Assembly (NCBI GenBank): GCA_041660605.1
Contig: JBAZWB010000001.1
Location: 750,503 to 814,502, forward strand
From: Patescibacteria group bacterium
Lineage (GTDB): Bacteria; Patescibacteriota; Patescibacteriia; UBA10025; JAHIVO01
Direction: 5' to 3'
Length of the DNA stretch: 64,000 nucleotides
A model generated the notes under the pieces. It searched no databases. It had not been told where the DNA came from and was given only the letters and a program-made list of their open reading frames with translations. Both the position numbers and the translations under genes were made by a program. Positions 10,214 to 20,799 of this stretch are shown in pieces; position 1 is the first letter of the stretch; every line of letters starts with the position of its first letter.

Positions 10214-10356
10214 AACTTCTGAATTTTCTTCAAGCAATGCCTGGCTGAACATATTGGCGAGGAAATCTTTTATATTATCTAAATGCCTTTATAGATAGGC
10301 AAATTCCTCCTAAAAATGGTATAATACCGCGGTAGATCGCTAAAATTTGCTAAATT

Positions 10357-11034
10357 ATGGAATCAACAGAATATATAATCACGGTTAAAAATGTTTTCCG
10401 GACTTACGATCTGGGGGAGGTAAAAGTGCCGGCTTTACGCGGTGTTTCACTACAAATAAAGGCTGGCGATTTTTTAATCATTACCGGCCGCAACGGCTCA
10501 GGCAAAACCACCCTGCTTCGGCAGATGGGACTGCTGGACAAGCCAGACAGCGGAACAATCACCCTGCTGAATCAGAATGTAAATACTATGAAAGAAATTA
10601 AGCGATCAAAAATTAGGCTGACGAGATTAGGATACATCTTTCAGGAATATGCGCTGATCGCTGAACTGACTGCCATTGAAAACGTCATGCTGCCGGCCAT
10701 GATGCTTAGCACCACGCGTGATTGCCGCGAACGCGCCCATAAATTACTGCTGAAAGTCGGACTGGGCAAGCGGACCGGCCACCTGCCGCGCCAAATGTCC
10801 GGCGGCGAGCAGCAAAAAGTGGCCATTGCCAGGGCGCTGATCAATGATCCCGAAGTTATTTTCGCGGACGAACCGACGGCTAACCTTGATTCAGTCGCCG
10901 CTCGTGAAATTCTTTCAATTTTTAATTATTTAAATAAGCATGACAAGCATACGGTCGTCATGATCACCCACGAACAGGACGAAACATCTTATGCTAATCG
11001 CATTATCAAACTGGCCGACGGAAAAATTATATGA
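10357..11034 (+). CDS. ABC transporter ATP-binding protein (LolD/MacB-like)
   Basis: GRNGSGKT, MSGGEQQ, FADEPTANLD. Confidence 0.93.
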   Translation: MESTEYIITVKNVFRTYDLGEVKVPALRGVSLQIKAGDFLIITGRNGSGKTTLLRQMGLLDKPDSGTITLLNQNVNTMKEIKRSKIRLTRLGYIFQEYALIAELTAIENVMLPAMMLSTTRDCRERAHKLLLKVGLGKRTGHLPRQMSGGEQQKVAIARALINDPEVIFADEPTANLDSVAAREILSIFNYLNKHDKHTVVMITHEQDETSYANRIIKLADGKII

Positions 11035-12233
11035 AAAAAGAATTTAGAATACCTTTTTTTCTCATGATGCGTTCCCTACGGCGCGGCAATAAATGGACCT
11101 TGGCCCTGATAATTTTTCTCATCGCCATCGCTTTTATAAATCTGGTGTTTGTCGCTTCGCTGTTCAATGGCGTCATTAAAAATGCCAATCAGCAAATTAT
11201 CGACGCCTTTACCGGAAATATTTACGCTACCCCGCTACCAGGCGATGATTTCATACCAAATGCCGATCAGACCCTTAAAAAAATCAGAAAAACTGATGGC
11301 GTGACCGCGGCCAGCGCGGAAACGATCTTGCCTGCCAGCCTGGAATTTAACAGCATCAAGCGCACTTGGCCGATACTGGCGATCAATCCGGATGATGAAA
11401 AAAAAGTATTAAATATCGCTGACAAGTTTTCTTCCGGCTCATATCTGGATAAAAACGATACCGATCAAATAATTATCGGCCGGCAGATTGCCGGCGGTGT
11501 AGGCGTGGAAATGGACGCCTTTTCATTTAAAAATGCCAAGGTGGGCGATAAAATTACTTTAAACTACGGCAATGCTGATTATGAATTCACTATAAAAGGA
11601 ATTTTTTACACCAAATTCATTGATACCGACCAAAAAGCTTTCATCACAGATGAAGCGCTGAAAAAAATTAATCCGAATTATTCCGACCAAGCCACCAGTA
11701 TTGTCATAAAAACCGCTGAAACAGGCAATGAGTCAGAAACAATTAAAAAGCTGGAGTCTGACGGTGTGGAGGCAAAATTCATAGACTGGGAAGATGCCGC
11801 CGGCGTAATGGCTTCAGTTACCGAGAGCTTTTTAAGCATAAACGTGCTAATGACAAGCGTGGCGCTTCTAATCGCCGCGGTAACGATTTTTATCGTCATT
11901 TACATCGACATCTCCAGCCGGCGGCAACAGATAGGCATACTGCGTGCCATTGGCATCCGCCCTTATCTTATTACAGCTAATTACGTCTTGCTTTCCGCAG
12001 TTTATTCGGTAGCTGGAGTACTCCTCGGCTCAGGTTTATTTTTCGGAATCCTGGTCCCTTATTTTAATGCCCACCCTTTTGTCCTGCCGATCGCCGACGC
12101 CACCCTGGTGGTAAATTACGCCGATTTCATTATCCGCATGGAATCAATAATCTGGGTGGCAATTTTAACCAGCCTAATTCCGGCGTTTTTAATTACCCGC
12201 ATTAAAATCCTGGACGCCCTTCGTGGAAAATAA
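11031..12233 (+). CDS. ABC transporter permease (FtsX/LolE/MacB-like)
   Basis: One TM, a large extracellular loop, RRQQIGILRAIG and three C-terminal TMs. Overlaps the ATPase stop codon. Confidence 0.88.
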   Translation: MKKEFRIPFFLMMRSLRRGNKWTLALIIFLIAIAFINLVFVASLFNGVIKNANQQIIDAFTGNIYATPLPGDDFIPNADQTLKKIRKTDGVTAASAETILPASLEFNSIKRTWPILAINPDDEKKVLNIADKFSSGSYLDKNDTDQIIIGRQIAGGVGVEMDAFSFKNAKVGDKITLNYGNADYEFTIKGIFYTKFIDTDQKAFITDEALKKINPNYSDQATSIVIKTAETGNESETIKKLESDGVEAKFIDWEDAAGVMASVTESFLSINVLMTSVALLIAAVTIFIVIYIDISSRRQQIGILRAIGIRPYLITANYVLLSAVYSVAGVLLGSGLFFGILVPYFNAHPFVLPIADATLVVNYADFIIRMESIIWVAILTSLIPAFLITRIKILDALRGK

Positions 12234-12282
12234 AAAGACGTCACGCTGCATGGCTGCTGCGTGACGCTTACTGACCTAGTTT

Positions 12283-12588
12283 TCAGCAAAATAGGATAAA
12301 GAAACCTCCTACCAAAACAATGGCGGACATAGCATAGTACCCTATAATGAAGCCAACCGGAAAACCTCGACCGCAATTGGCATTCCCGAGTGATGCGCCA
12401 AGCAGAGGCACGATAATCACATAGCCTGCCAACATCACCTGCCATGCCCTAAAGCCGGGATGCAAAAACGCACTGATGCCGGCTATCAGCCCCACGCAAA
12501 TTATCGCGGTAATAAGACCGATTGCAATCCCCCATTTTAATGTTAGGCCTGTACAGCGGCTGATCGATACGGAAGCATCCGTCTCCAT
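12283..12588 (-). CDS. Small hypothetical membrane protein (3 TM)
   Basis: ORF preceded by an AGGAG RBS, with hydrophobic segments and a downstream hairpin at ~12240-12265. Confidence 0.55.
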   Translation of the reverse strand: METDASVSISRCTGLTLKWGIAIGLITAIICVGLIAGISAFLHPGFRAWQVMLAGYVIIVPLLGASLGNANCGRGFPVGFIIGYYAMSAIVLVGGFFILFC

Positions 12589-12659
12589 AACACGCTCCTA
12601 GCTGTCAAATGTGCCAATCAATTTCTTGTTATTAGATAATATTACTCTTTTCGAAAAAA

Positions 12660-13595
12660 TTGTCAAAACCATTCTGGAAAAAAATTGAAAAACCGATCAT
12701 CGCGCTGGCGCCAATGGACGGGTACACGGACAGCGCTTTTCGGCGTATCTCCAAATCCGTAAATAGTAATTTAGTTTTGTTTACTGAATTTGTTTCTGCG
12801 GACGGTCTGAACCATAAGGCAAAAAAACTTCTGGAAAAAATCAAGTTTAATGTTTCCGAAAAACCAATTATCGTGCAATTATTCGGCAAGAACGCTGAAT
12901 CATTCGCCACTGCGGCAAAGTTATGTGAGTCGTTGGGCTTTGCCGGCATAGACATAAATATGGGCTGCCCGTCTAAAAAAGTTGTTAAATCCGAACATGG
13001 CGTGGCCTTAAGAAAAAAACCTGATCTGGCTTTTCATCTGGTAGAAACGGTGACTAAAGCTACTTCCCTGCCTGTCTCAGTAAAAACACGCCTGGGCTGG
13101 AGCAATGCCGACGATTTACTGGATTTCTCCCGCGGTGTAGTCAACGCCGGCGCGCAGATGATCACCGTACATGGCCGGACCTACAAACAGGGATTCAGCG
13201 ACCAATCAGACTGGCAGCCGATTTATGAACTGAAAAAAAATCTTTCCATTCCCGTGCTGGGAAACGGTGATGTCGCTTCAATCGCGGACGGAATGAAAAA
13301 AATTAAAAACCTGGATGGTTTTATGATCGGCCGGGCGGCCATTGGCAATCCGTGGGTTTTCAGCGATCAACCGCCGGTTTCGTTTGCAGAAAAAATTCCT
13401 TTAATAAACAAGCATGCGGAATTTTTGATAGAATTAAAAGGTGAAAAAATCACCCTATTAGAAATACGAAAACACTTGCTCGCCTATGTTAAAGGCTTGC
13501 CTGGCGCTGGCTCATACCGCTCTCAGCTAGTACGAGTTCAATCGCTTGCAGAGATTGAAGACATCTTAACAAATATAGCCGATAAAGTCGGCTAA
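12660..13595 (+). CDS. tRNA-dihydrouridine synthase (DusB-like)
   Basis: LAPMDGYTD, DINMGCP, VHGRT, GNGD, MIGRAAIGNPW. Confidence 0.93.
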   Translation: MSKPFWKKIEKPIIALAPMDGYTDSAFRRISKSVNSNLVLFTEFVSADGLNHKAKKLLEKIKFNVSEKPIIVQLFGKNAESFATAAKLCESLGFAGIDINMGCPSKKVVKSEHGVALRKKPDLAFHLVETVTKATSLPVSVKTRLGWSNADDLLDFSRGVVNAGAQMITVHGRTYKQGFSDQSDWQPIYELKKNLSIPVLGNGDVASIADGMKKIKNLDGFMIGRAAIGNPWVFSDQPPVSFAEKIPLINKHAEFLIELKGEKITLLEIRKHLLAYVKGLPGAGSYRSQLVRVQSLAEIEDILTNIADKVG

Positions 13596-13642
13596 CGACT
13601 GGCATTTAGCAGGCCATTTGCTATACTAAACAAAACAATATT

Positions 13643-14074
13643 ATGGTTAAATTCAAATTATTTTTTGCGCCAAAAGCATTTATCGTTAAAAACGGCAAAG
13701 TGCTGGTCTTGCGCGAATCAGCTACACACCCGACCAACACCCACGCCGGTGAATATAGCCTGATCGGCGGCAGGATAGAGCCGAACGAACCGTGGGAAAA
13801 GGGTTTTGCGCGCGAAGTTAATGAGGAGATCGGTGCGACTTTCAAAATCCTCAAACCACTTTGGGTTAGTGAATCATTTAATGAAGTCCAAAAAGAAAAA
13901 TGGCATATTGTGCGCTGTTTTTTCCTGTGCAAAATGGAAGATCAGCCAATTAAGCTTAGCGGCGAACATGACCAATTCAAATGGATTGACCCAGTGAATT
14001 ATAAAAATGAAAATCTTATTCCCAATGAATATGGAGTATTTGAAGCGTATTTGGAACTGCTTAATAAAAATTAA
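13643..14074 (+). CDS. NUDIX hydrolase
   Basis: GGRIEPNEPWEKGFAREVNEEIG Nudix box. Confidence 0.9.
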   Translation: MVKFKLFFAPKAFIVKNGKVLVLRESATHPTNTHAGEYSLIGGRIEPNEPWEKGFAREVNEEIGATFKILKPLWVSESFNEVQKEKWHIVRCFFLCKMEDQPIKLSGEHDQFKWIDPVNYKNENLIPNEYGVFEAYLELLNKN

Positions 14075-14111
14075 GCGTTTTATATAGTATTATTTAGATT
14101 ACAAAACATAT

Positions 14112-14498
14112 ATGGAGACGAAAGATAATATAATGACTACAAATAGCCCTAAACCCGTAAATAGTATTTATTACAAACATATTGGAAAAATAGTACTAAT
14201 TTGTCTGCAAGGCATTATTATCTTGGCTTCATTTATTTATTTCATAAACGGAGCTGTTCAGTACATTGGAAAAAATAAAAGTAATATCGAGGATGATTTA
14301 CAGCGTTGCACAATGCATACAATACCATATGCAATAACCGCAATTGTCGTATTAATCCTGCAGATTCTTTTAATTCGTTGGTCTATACGCAGTAAACGCA
14401 CATTTGTCCCGGGTGTCAGTCTGCTGATTACGATCTTTCTCACAATCTTATGGATGAATATAGCTACTTTTACGAATATTTTAATTGATTGTGTATAG
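14112..14498 (+). CDS. Hypothetical membrane protein
   Basis: ORF with three hydrophobic segments. Confidence 0.55.
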   Translation: METKDNIMTTNSPKPVNSIYYKHIGKIVLICLQGIIILASFIYFINGAVQYIGKNKSNIEDDLQRCTMHTIPYAITAIVVLILQILLIRWSIRSKRTFVPGVSLLITIFLTILWMNIATFTNILIDCV

Positions 14499-14529
14499 TT
14501 TTATATTACTATTTGCTGATAATTAACAT

Positions 14530-14967
14530 ATGAAAACCTTTCTAATCTTCACCTGGATCTGGCTGGCTATGATCGCCACTGCCTTTTGGGAATCATATGT
14601 GGAGGGCCGTAATGCCTGGGATCGCGGTAAATACGGCTGGAAATTCACCGTTGGAAAAAGCTTCGTTGTTACCGGCTACCATTTTTTCCTTTTTTACGTA
14701 ATGTGGCCGTTGATGCTCACTCTGCCGTTTGTGATCTTCGGCTGGAACAGTAGGTTTTTCGGCATAGTGCTGAGCGCCTTCGCTTCCGGCTCGGTGGTTG
14801 AAGACTTCATGTGGTACGTGGTAAATCCGGTGGTCAAATTCAAAGAATTAAACACTGACTTTGCCAATTATTATCCCAGAATCAGGTTTGGCAAAATTAA
14901 AATACCGGTTTTCTATTTTATCGGTATTCTGATCGCGATTGCTTCCTGGTATATATTCTGGAGATAA
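14530..14967 (+). CDS. Hypothetical membrane protein
   Basis: Aromatic-rich multi-TM ORF (EG..W, YH, EDFMWY). Confidence 0.65.
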   Translation: MKTFLIFTWIWLAMIATAFWESYVEGRNAWDRGKYGWKFTVGKSFVVTGYHFFLFYVMWPLMLTLPFVIFGWNSRFFGIVLSAFASGSVVEDFMWYVVNPVVKFKELNTDFANYYPRIRFGKIKIPVFYFIGILIAIASWYIFWR

Positions 14968-14983
14968 ATATCAATAATTAATA

Positions 14984-15020
14984 AAAAAAGAATAGGACAG
15001 TCGGGCAGGACTGTCCTATT
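14984..15020 (-). terminator. Intrinsic terminator
   Basis: AATAGGACAGTC-6 nt-GACTGTCCTATT stem preceded by an A-run (a U-run on the minus strand), between convergent genes. Confidence 0.75.
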
Positions 15021-15070
15021 TCTAAGTTATTACATCATGAGCAAACGCTAGTATTGCTTAAAATATCCGG

Positions 15071-15583
15071 CTAAACAAGTGCATGCCATTGCGTGCGAAG
15101 GTTATTCAACAGCCCTTCGAACTGACGGAAAAAAGTATCGTAAACTAATCCCGTTTCAGTTCTGTTGAACTGATGAGGCGGACAAGTGAGCAGGCCTCTG
15201 ATCGTACCGAGCTGTTGTAGCATCAATGGCCAAGTCATAGGAACCTTTTCGCACCTTGTGCTACGGCACACAAAAACGACTTGAGCGTCTGCCTCATAAA
15301 ACCAATACGGAAGCCAGCTTGACTGTACTTTCATCCATATATTATCAGTTTCATGTATCAACTGAACTTGCAGATCCGGTTGAAAACGCCCCTGATCGTG
15401 AGGACGATCAAAATACCTTAGCCAAATACCCGGATTGGTTTTTGTCCACCCAGAAATAATATCAACCCGTGCAAAATACAGCTCCGATTCACCAGGTGTA
15501 TCCCGTAGGACGCATCTGACAACCAATCTCCCATCGCGGAGATATTCATAGAATGTTTCTGGTGTTAATTCTCCAGGAAACAT
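15071..15583 (-). CDS. Hypothetical protein (ORFan-like)
   Basis: 170 aa ORF with a GGAGG RBS and its own terminator. Confidence 0.6.
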   Translation of the reverse strand: MFPGELTPETFYEYLRDGRLVVRCVLRDTPGESELYFARVDIISGWTKTNPGIWLRYFDRPHDQGRFQPDLQVQLIHETDNIWMKVQSSWLPYWFYEADAQVVFVCRSTRCEKVPMTWPLMLQQLGTIRGLLTCPPHQFNRTETGLVYDTFFRQFEGLLNNLRTQWHALV

Positions 15584-15769
15584 AGTTAACCTCCAGTTAC
15601 CTAGGTTTTTTACCGTCGGCTATGGTTGTAGGTTTGTTGTGAATATCCTCAAACTGCCCTTCAAGGATGTGAATGTACTAATACCAAAAATTACCATATC
15701 TTCTTTATAAGCGTCAATGGTTAATTTGACTAAAATTAATTTAAACTTTAAGCTTATTTCCGTTTAATT

Positions 15770-16705
15770 CTATAATTTTTCCTTGAAATTCTGGTAATAT
15801 CTTTTCTGGACTTCTCCCCAGGTAAAGCTGTGGGTTTGGGTGCCATACGCCTCAACCGTATACACGCTGACTACCGCCGCCAGTTTTCCAATCTTTGGCA
15901 ATGGATAACCCATGATTAAACCTTTTATAAAGCCTGCTCGATACGCATCACCCGCTCCGGTGGGGTCAGAGGTATTTTTCGGTTTGGCCGGCGGTATGAT
16001 ATGCTTCTGATCGCGGGTAACTATCACCGAGCCCTTTTCGCCTTTTGTATTTACCACCATTTCGGTCATCCCTAGCAGATCCCTCATGTTCAATCGCAGC
16101 TTATTTAAAATGCATACCAGCTCATAATCATTCGTAATCAGCGCCTTGGAACCCTGGATTCCGTTGATCAGGTCGCGCTGGGATAAAACCGGAATCTGCT
16201 GTCCGGGATCGAAAATATAGGGAGTCTTGGTTTTTTTATATAGCTCCGGATATTTTTTCATGTCCGTCGAATTGCCCGGCGAGACAATGCCGATTGATTT
16301 GCTGCCCAGCATCTGCGGCGGCGGGGTCAGGCTGTTGAATTTCATTGACCCGGGAAAAAATCCGGCGATCTGGTTGTCATCCTTGTCAGTGATGACATAA
16401 GCTGAAGCAGTGGCCAGGTCACTAACCTTTTTGCAATATGAATAATTTATGCCTTTACTGCGCAGCCATTTTCCGTAATCATGAAAATCATTGCCATAAG
16501 AGCTCAAAACAGTTGCTTTCTCGCCCAGCAAAGAAAGGCTGTAGGCGATATTCACCGCCGTGCCTCCGAAACTCTGCCGGAACGTATCAACCAAAAAGCT
16601 GACATTTAAAATATGGATCTTGTCAGGCAGTATGTGGTCCTTAAAACGGCCGTTGAAATTCATGATGCGGTCATAAGCCAGCGATCCGGAGACTAATATT
16701 TTCAT
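15770..16705 (-). CDS. PfkB-family carbohydrate/nucleoside kinase (adenosine kinase-like)
   Basis: GSLAYD, FGGTAVN, FDPGQ, DPTGAGDAYRAG. Confidence 0.9.
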   Translation of the reverse strand: MKILVSGSLAYDRIMNFNGRFKDHILPDKIHILNVSFLVDTFRQSFGGTAVNIAYSLSLLGEKATVLSSYGNDFHDYGKWLRSKGINYSYCKKVSDLATASAYVITDKDDNQIAGFFPGSMKFNSLTPPPQMLGSKSIGIVSPGNSTDMKKYPELYKKTKTPYIFDPGQQIPVLSQRDLINGIQGSKALITNDYELVCILNKLRLNMRDLLGMTEMVVNTKGEKGSVIVTRDQKHIIPPAKPKNTSDPTGAGDAYRAGFIKGLIMGYPLPKIGKLAAVVSVYTVEAYGTQTHSFTWGEVQKRYYQNFKEKL

Positions 16706-16715
16706 AAAATTTAGT

Positions 16716-17573
16716 TTATTTGAATGAATTTAATTCCTGGGAAATGTCAATATTTTCAATGGACTGCTTGACTAGCGTAGCTTCTTTTAATTGCGGAAGT
16801 TTATCTACACTTGTCGGCTTCTGAGTTTGATAGATCACGCCGATCGGGAGTTTATCGTGACCTTGCGTGGCCACCGTCAGTGCTTTTTGGAAATCTGCGG
16901 CATTATGTCCGGCTTCCTCAACTTTATAAATCCTGTCTTTATACCACTGGAAAGTATTGACTTTATTAAAAGTTACGCAAACCTGCAGAATATTGATAAA
17001 AGAAAAACCGCGGTGCTTGATGGCTTTCTTGATTAGCTCGCTCAGGTGAATAATATCGCCGCTGAAACCCTGCGCCACGAAAGTCGCTCCGTTGATAATA
17101 GCGCTGGCCAGAGGATTAAACGGCTGATTGGGCGCGCCAAAAGGCGTGGACGCTGTTTTCATGCCTTCTGCGGTGGTCGGAGACATCTGGCCCTTAGTCA
17201 GACTGTAAAGACGGTTGTCGTGCACTAAATAAGTGATATCAATATTGGTGCGGGCCGTATGGACGAAATGCGCAATTCCCTCACCGAATGAATCGCCATC
17301 TCCGGCATCAGCGATGACAGTTAAATCATGATTAGCTAATTTAACGCCAACTGCTACGGGTAATGACCGGCCATGCAGAGTATGAAAAGCGTAAAGCTTG
17401 AAAAAATTTGCGCCATTGGATGAGCAGCCAATGCCAAATGACATCACTACCTGATGCGGTTCCAGGCCCAGCTCCGAGAGGGCTTTCTTGGTTGCCGGAT
17501 AAATGCCGAAGTTTCCGCAGCCCGGGCACCAGGTCGGCTTATAAGTACTGGTAAAATCCTGTTGTGTTGCCAT
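16716..17573 (-). CDS. 2-oxoacid:ferredoxin oxidoreductase beta subunit
   Basis: WCPGCGN, GIGCSS, LHGR, GDGD, DNRLYSLTKGQ. Confidence 0.93.
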   Translation of the reverse strand: MATQQDFTSTYKPTWCPGCGNFGIYPATKKALSELGLEPHQVVMSFGIGCSSNGANFFKLYAFHTLHGRSLPVAVGVKLANHDLTVIADAGDGDSFGEGIAHFVHTARTNIDITYLVHDNRLYSLTKGQMSPTTAEGMKTASTPFGAPNQPFNPLASAIINGATFVAQGFSGDIIHLSELIKKAIKHRGFSFINILQVCVTFNKVNTFQWYKDRIYKVEEAGHNAADFQKALTVATQGHDKLPIGVIYQTQKPTSVDKLPQLKEATLVKQSIENIDISQELNSFK

Positions 17574-17574
17574 A

Positions 17575-19317
17575 TTATTTGATTTCCTTAATTGTCTGCA
17601 CCAGCTCTTGGACGAAAAACGGTCGGCCGTCGTATTTCAATATTTTGTAATCCGGCGCCAGCCCGGTCTGTTCGCGGATCCAGCCGGCCAGCTGGCCGGT
17701 CTTGTTTTGCTCCACTACAGCTACCTTTTTTGCTTTTTTGAAGATTTCCTTGACTTGTTCAACCGGGAACGGACTGATATAGATTATCTGCAGAAAATTC
17801 ACCTTAATATTTTCTTTTTTTAATTCCCGCATCGCCTCCAGGATCGGACCGCGGTTTGAGCCCCAGGAAATCAGGGTAATATCCGCCTTGTGTTCGCCTT
17901 CAAAGATCGCCGTTGGCAGCTCTTTTTTTGCCGTGGCTTCCTTGCGGAACCGCTTGTCCATCATTTTTGTCCGTTCTTCCGCGCTTTCTTCCGAGAAACT
18001 CATTTCATTATGCTCATCGCTGTTGGCGATGTGCTCTCCGCCCTTGGTGCCGGGCAAAGTGCGCGGAGAAACGCCTGACGCCGTATCTTTATATCGCAGA
18101 TAATTCTTGCCTGCCGCCAGATCCTTTTCTGTCAAAACTGCGCCGCGGTTTATTTTAATATCTTTCAGTAATTTTTTCTCCACCCATTTGTGGCTGGAGG
18201 CCAGGAATTTATCAGTTATAAACATCACCGGCGATTGGTATTTTTCCGCCAGATTGAATGCCTCCTGGATATAATTGTAGCATTGCTCAACATCACCCGG
18301 CGCGATGACAAAGCGGGGAAACTCGCCGTGTGAAGCGGAAAGTAAAAATTTTAAATCATCCTGCCCGCCCCAGGTCGGCAATCCGGTAGAAGGGCCAGTG
18401 CGCATCGCTTCAACCACGACTAATGGCACTTCAACCATCCCAGCCATGCCCCAGGCTTCAGTCATCAGGCAAAAACCGCCGCCAGAGGTGGCAGTCATTG
18501 CACGCACGCCGGTATAGGCAGCGCCGATAGCAGCGTTAATGGCGGAAATTTCATCTTCCGTATGCTGGACTACCAGTTTTTGCCGCTCGGCAACGGCGGC
18601 CATATTACCTAAGATTGAAGTAGCCGGGGTCATCGGATAAGCGGATAAAAACTTGCAGCCGGCTTTAATCGCGCCCCAGACTATGCCGTGGTTTCCTTCC
18701 ATCAACAGGCGTTCAACAGGAGGCAACAATTTGAACTGGTAATTAAACTCTTTTTTGAAATTCTGTAATAGGAAATCATACCCGGCCTTGGCGGCGTCAA
18801 TATTAGTGGTGACGATATTTTCAGCTTTTTTCTTCATGCCAAAATTAAGCGTAATAATCTCCTGCAAATTTTTGAATGGCAAGCCCAATAAAGCAAAACT
18901 GACGCCCAAAGCTACGACGTTCCTGGCTACTTTTTCCGCACCTGCCTTAACGGCTAAATCTTCAAGCGGCGCTCCGATAATATGCATTGAAGCAGGAAAA
19001 TTGCCATGATCGATTTTAATGTTATCGGAATTGTAAATAATTGCCGCATCCGGCGAAAGCTCATGGGTATGCGCTTCTATTGTTTCCTGATTCAGGGCAA
19101 CCAGAATATTGACCGGTCGCCTGACAGAATAGACCTCTTCATCAGCCGAACTGACCTCATAAGTATTATGCCCACCGCGGATCAGCGAAGGATACTCGGC
19201 ATAATCAAAAACATAAAGTCCGGCACGCAGCATAGCCCGGGCGAACATCGCGCCTGCCGATAAAATGCCGTAGCCTGCTTCTCCGCCGATTTTCCAGTTA
19301 AAATTATTTACAATCAT
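17575..19317 (-). CDS. 2-oxoacid:ferredoxin oxidoreductase alpha subunit (gamma-alpha fusion)
   Basis: IGGEAGYG, YPSLIRGGH, YPMTPAT, EDEI, TSGGG, GPSTGLPT. Start moved to 19317. Confidence 0.93.
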   Translation of the reverse strand: MIVNNFNWKIGGEAGYGILSAGAMFARAMLRAGLYVFDYAEYPSLIRGGHNTYEVSSADEEVYSVRRPVNILVALNQETIEAHTHELSPDAAIIYNSDNIKIDHGNFPASMHIIGAPLEDLAVKAGAEKVARNVVALGVSFALLGLPFKNLQEIITLNFGMKKKAENIVTTNIDAAKAGYDFLLQNFKKEFNYQFKLLPPVERLLMEGNHGIVWGAIKAGCKFLSAYPMTPATSILGNMAAVAERQKLVVQHTEDEISAINAAIGAAYTGVRAMTATSGGGFCLMTEAWGMAGMVEVPLVVVEAMRTGPSTGLPTWGGQDDLKFLLSASHGEFPRFVIAPGDVEQCYNYIQEAFNLAEKYQSPVMFITDKFLASSHKWVEKKLLKDIKINRGAVLTEKDLAAGKNYLRYKDTASGVSPRTLPGTKGGEHIANSDEHNEMSFSEESAEERTKMMDKRFRKEATAKKELPTAIFEGEHKADITLISWGSNRGPILEAMRELKKENIKVNFLQIIYISPFPVEQVKEIFKKAKKVAVVEQNKTGQLAGWIREQTGLAPDYKILKYDGRPFFVQELVQTIKEIK

Positions 19318-19333
19318 AAGATGATTAAAAAAA

Positions 19334-20488
19334 TTATTTATTAGATGTATTATATAGCTTTTTTGCTTCCAGGGCAATCTCCAGCTCTTCGTCGGTGGCA
19401 ATGACCCTGACAGCCGGCTGAGGATGAATCTTCAATCCAGCCAGCGCTAATTTTCTGATAATCGGACTGCGCTCACCGATGCCTCCGGTAAAAATAATAT
19501 AATCGACTTTACCCAGAAGCAGGCAAAAGAAAGCTAAATATTTTCTCAGGCGATTTAAAAAAACGGCCAACGCTATCTTCGCGCGCTTCCTCTGTTTAAC
19601 GGAAAAACTTTTACGGCCGTGATAATCCACGACTGGCTGGCCGGCTGCCTTCAAAATTTCTCTCATATCAGAGCTGAATCCCGAAAGCCCCAGCAAACCG
19701 GATTTTTTATTAAGCATTGTTTCAATTTCCTGCACTTTTAAATGCGCCTCTTTTTGCAGAAACAGGGGTATATAAGGATCAAGATCGCCGCAGCGGGTGC
19801 CCATGACCAGGCCTTCCAATGGTGTGAATCCCAGAGAGGTTTCGATCGGCTGGCCCTTCAGACAGGCGGTCATTGAACAGCCATTGCCCAGATGAATGCT
19901 GATTAAATTAATTTTTTTAAGATTTTTACCTTCGTTAACAGCCAGTTTTTTGGCTACAAACTGATGCGAAATCCCATGAAAGCCGTATTTTCTGATTTTA
20001 TATTTTTTTTGCAATTCAAGAGGAAGAGCATATAAATAATGTTCCGGCGTCATATCTTTATAATAAGCAGTATCAAAAACCAAAACATTTTTTACCCGCG
20101 GAAATAAAGACAGGCAGGCTTTGGCGACCGCCAGGTTAACCGGATTATGCAGAGGCGCTAAATTATTGAATTGACTGATTTGCCAGATGATTTTTTTACT
20201 GGCAATCAGCGGCCGGTAAAATTTATCGCCGCCATGCACCACCCGATGCCCGACCAGCGCGATTTCCCGCTGGCGGTCCCCTAAATGCTCAATGATAATT
20301 TTCAGTGCCTGACGGTGGTTGGTTACCGATCCGGTGCGGATTATTTTTTTATTCAATGTCAAGAATGAGCCAGGCAGGCCAATGCGCTCAAGATTACCGC
20401 CTAATATTGTATTAAAATCCTTAAAATCAAATAATTTAAACTTCAGTGTGGCTGACCCGGCGTTCAAAATTAAAATATATTTTTTCAT
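19334..20488 (-). CDS. ackA: Acetate kinase
   Basis: LNAGSATLK, GHRVVHGG, APLHNP, FDTAY, YGFHGISH, HLGNG, GTRCGD, FTGGIGE. Confidence 0.95.
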   Translation of the reverse strand: MKKYILILNAGSATLKFKLFDFKDFNTILGGNLERIGLPGSFLTLNKKIIRTGSVTNHRQALKIIIEHLGDRQREIALVGHRVVHGGDKFYRPLIASKKIIWQISQFNNLAPLHNPVNLAVAKACLSLFPRVKNVLVFDTAYYKDMTPEHYLYALPLELQKKYKIRKYGFHGISHQFVAKKLAVNEGKNLKKINLISIHLGNGCSMTACLKGQPIETSLGFTPLEGLVMGTRCGDLDPYIPLFLQKEAHLKVQEIETMLNKKSGLLGLSGFSSDMREILKAAGQPVVDYHGRKSFSVKQRKRAKIALAVFLNRLRKYLAFFCLLLGKVDYIIFTGGIGERSPIIRKLALAGLKIHPQPAVRVIATDEELEIALEAKKLYNTSNK

Positions 20489-20790
20489 AAGACGGTTATA
20501 TAATTCTGTATCCGCTGCGCTTCTGCCTGCACCAGTTCGCTGTCGTACTGCCCGGAATGGCGGGAAGTGCCGGCATAGGAGGCTTTTTTCTCGTCAAAAT
20601 GGACGTTGATCTCGTATTGTTCCTGGTTTTCATTTATGTAAACATGAAAACGCGGATATAAGTAACCTCCCAGGCGCCTAGCAAAACTGGCTTGCCCGCT
20701 CTGACGATCGACATTCTGATGGTAGCCTAGCCTGTTCAGCAGCACTTTGAGATTATCTTTTAATTCCGCTTTATTTATATAGATGCGCAT
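20485..20790 (-). CDS. Conserved hypothetical protein
   Basis: In operon context between pduL and ackA; YPRFHVY..HFDEKK.SY...RHSGQYD. Confidence 0.7.
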   Translation of the reverse strand: MRIYINKAELKDNLKVLLNRLGYHQNVDRQSGQASFARRLGGYLYPRFHVYINENQEQYEINVHFDEKKASYAGTSRHSGQYDSELVQAEAQRIQNYITVL

Positions 20791-20799
20791 GCGTATTAA

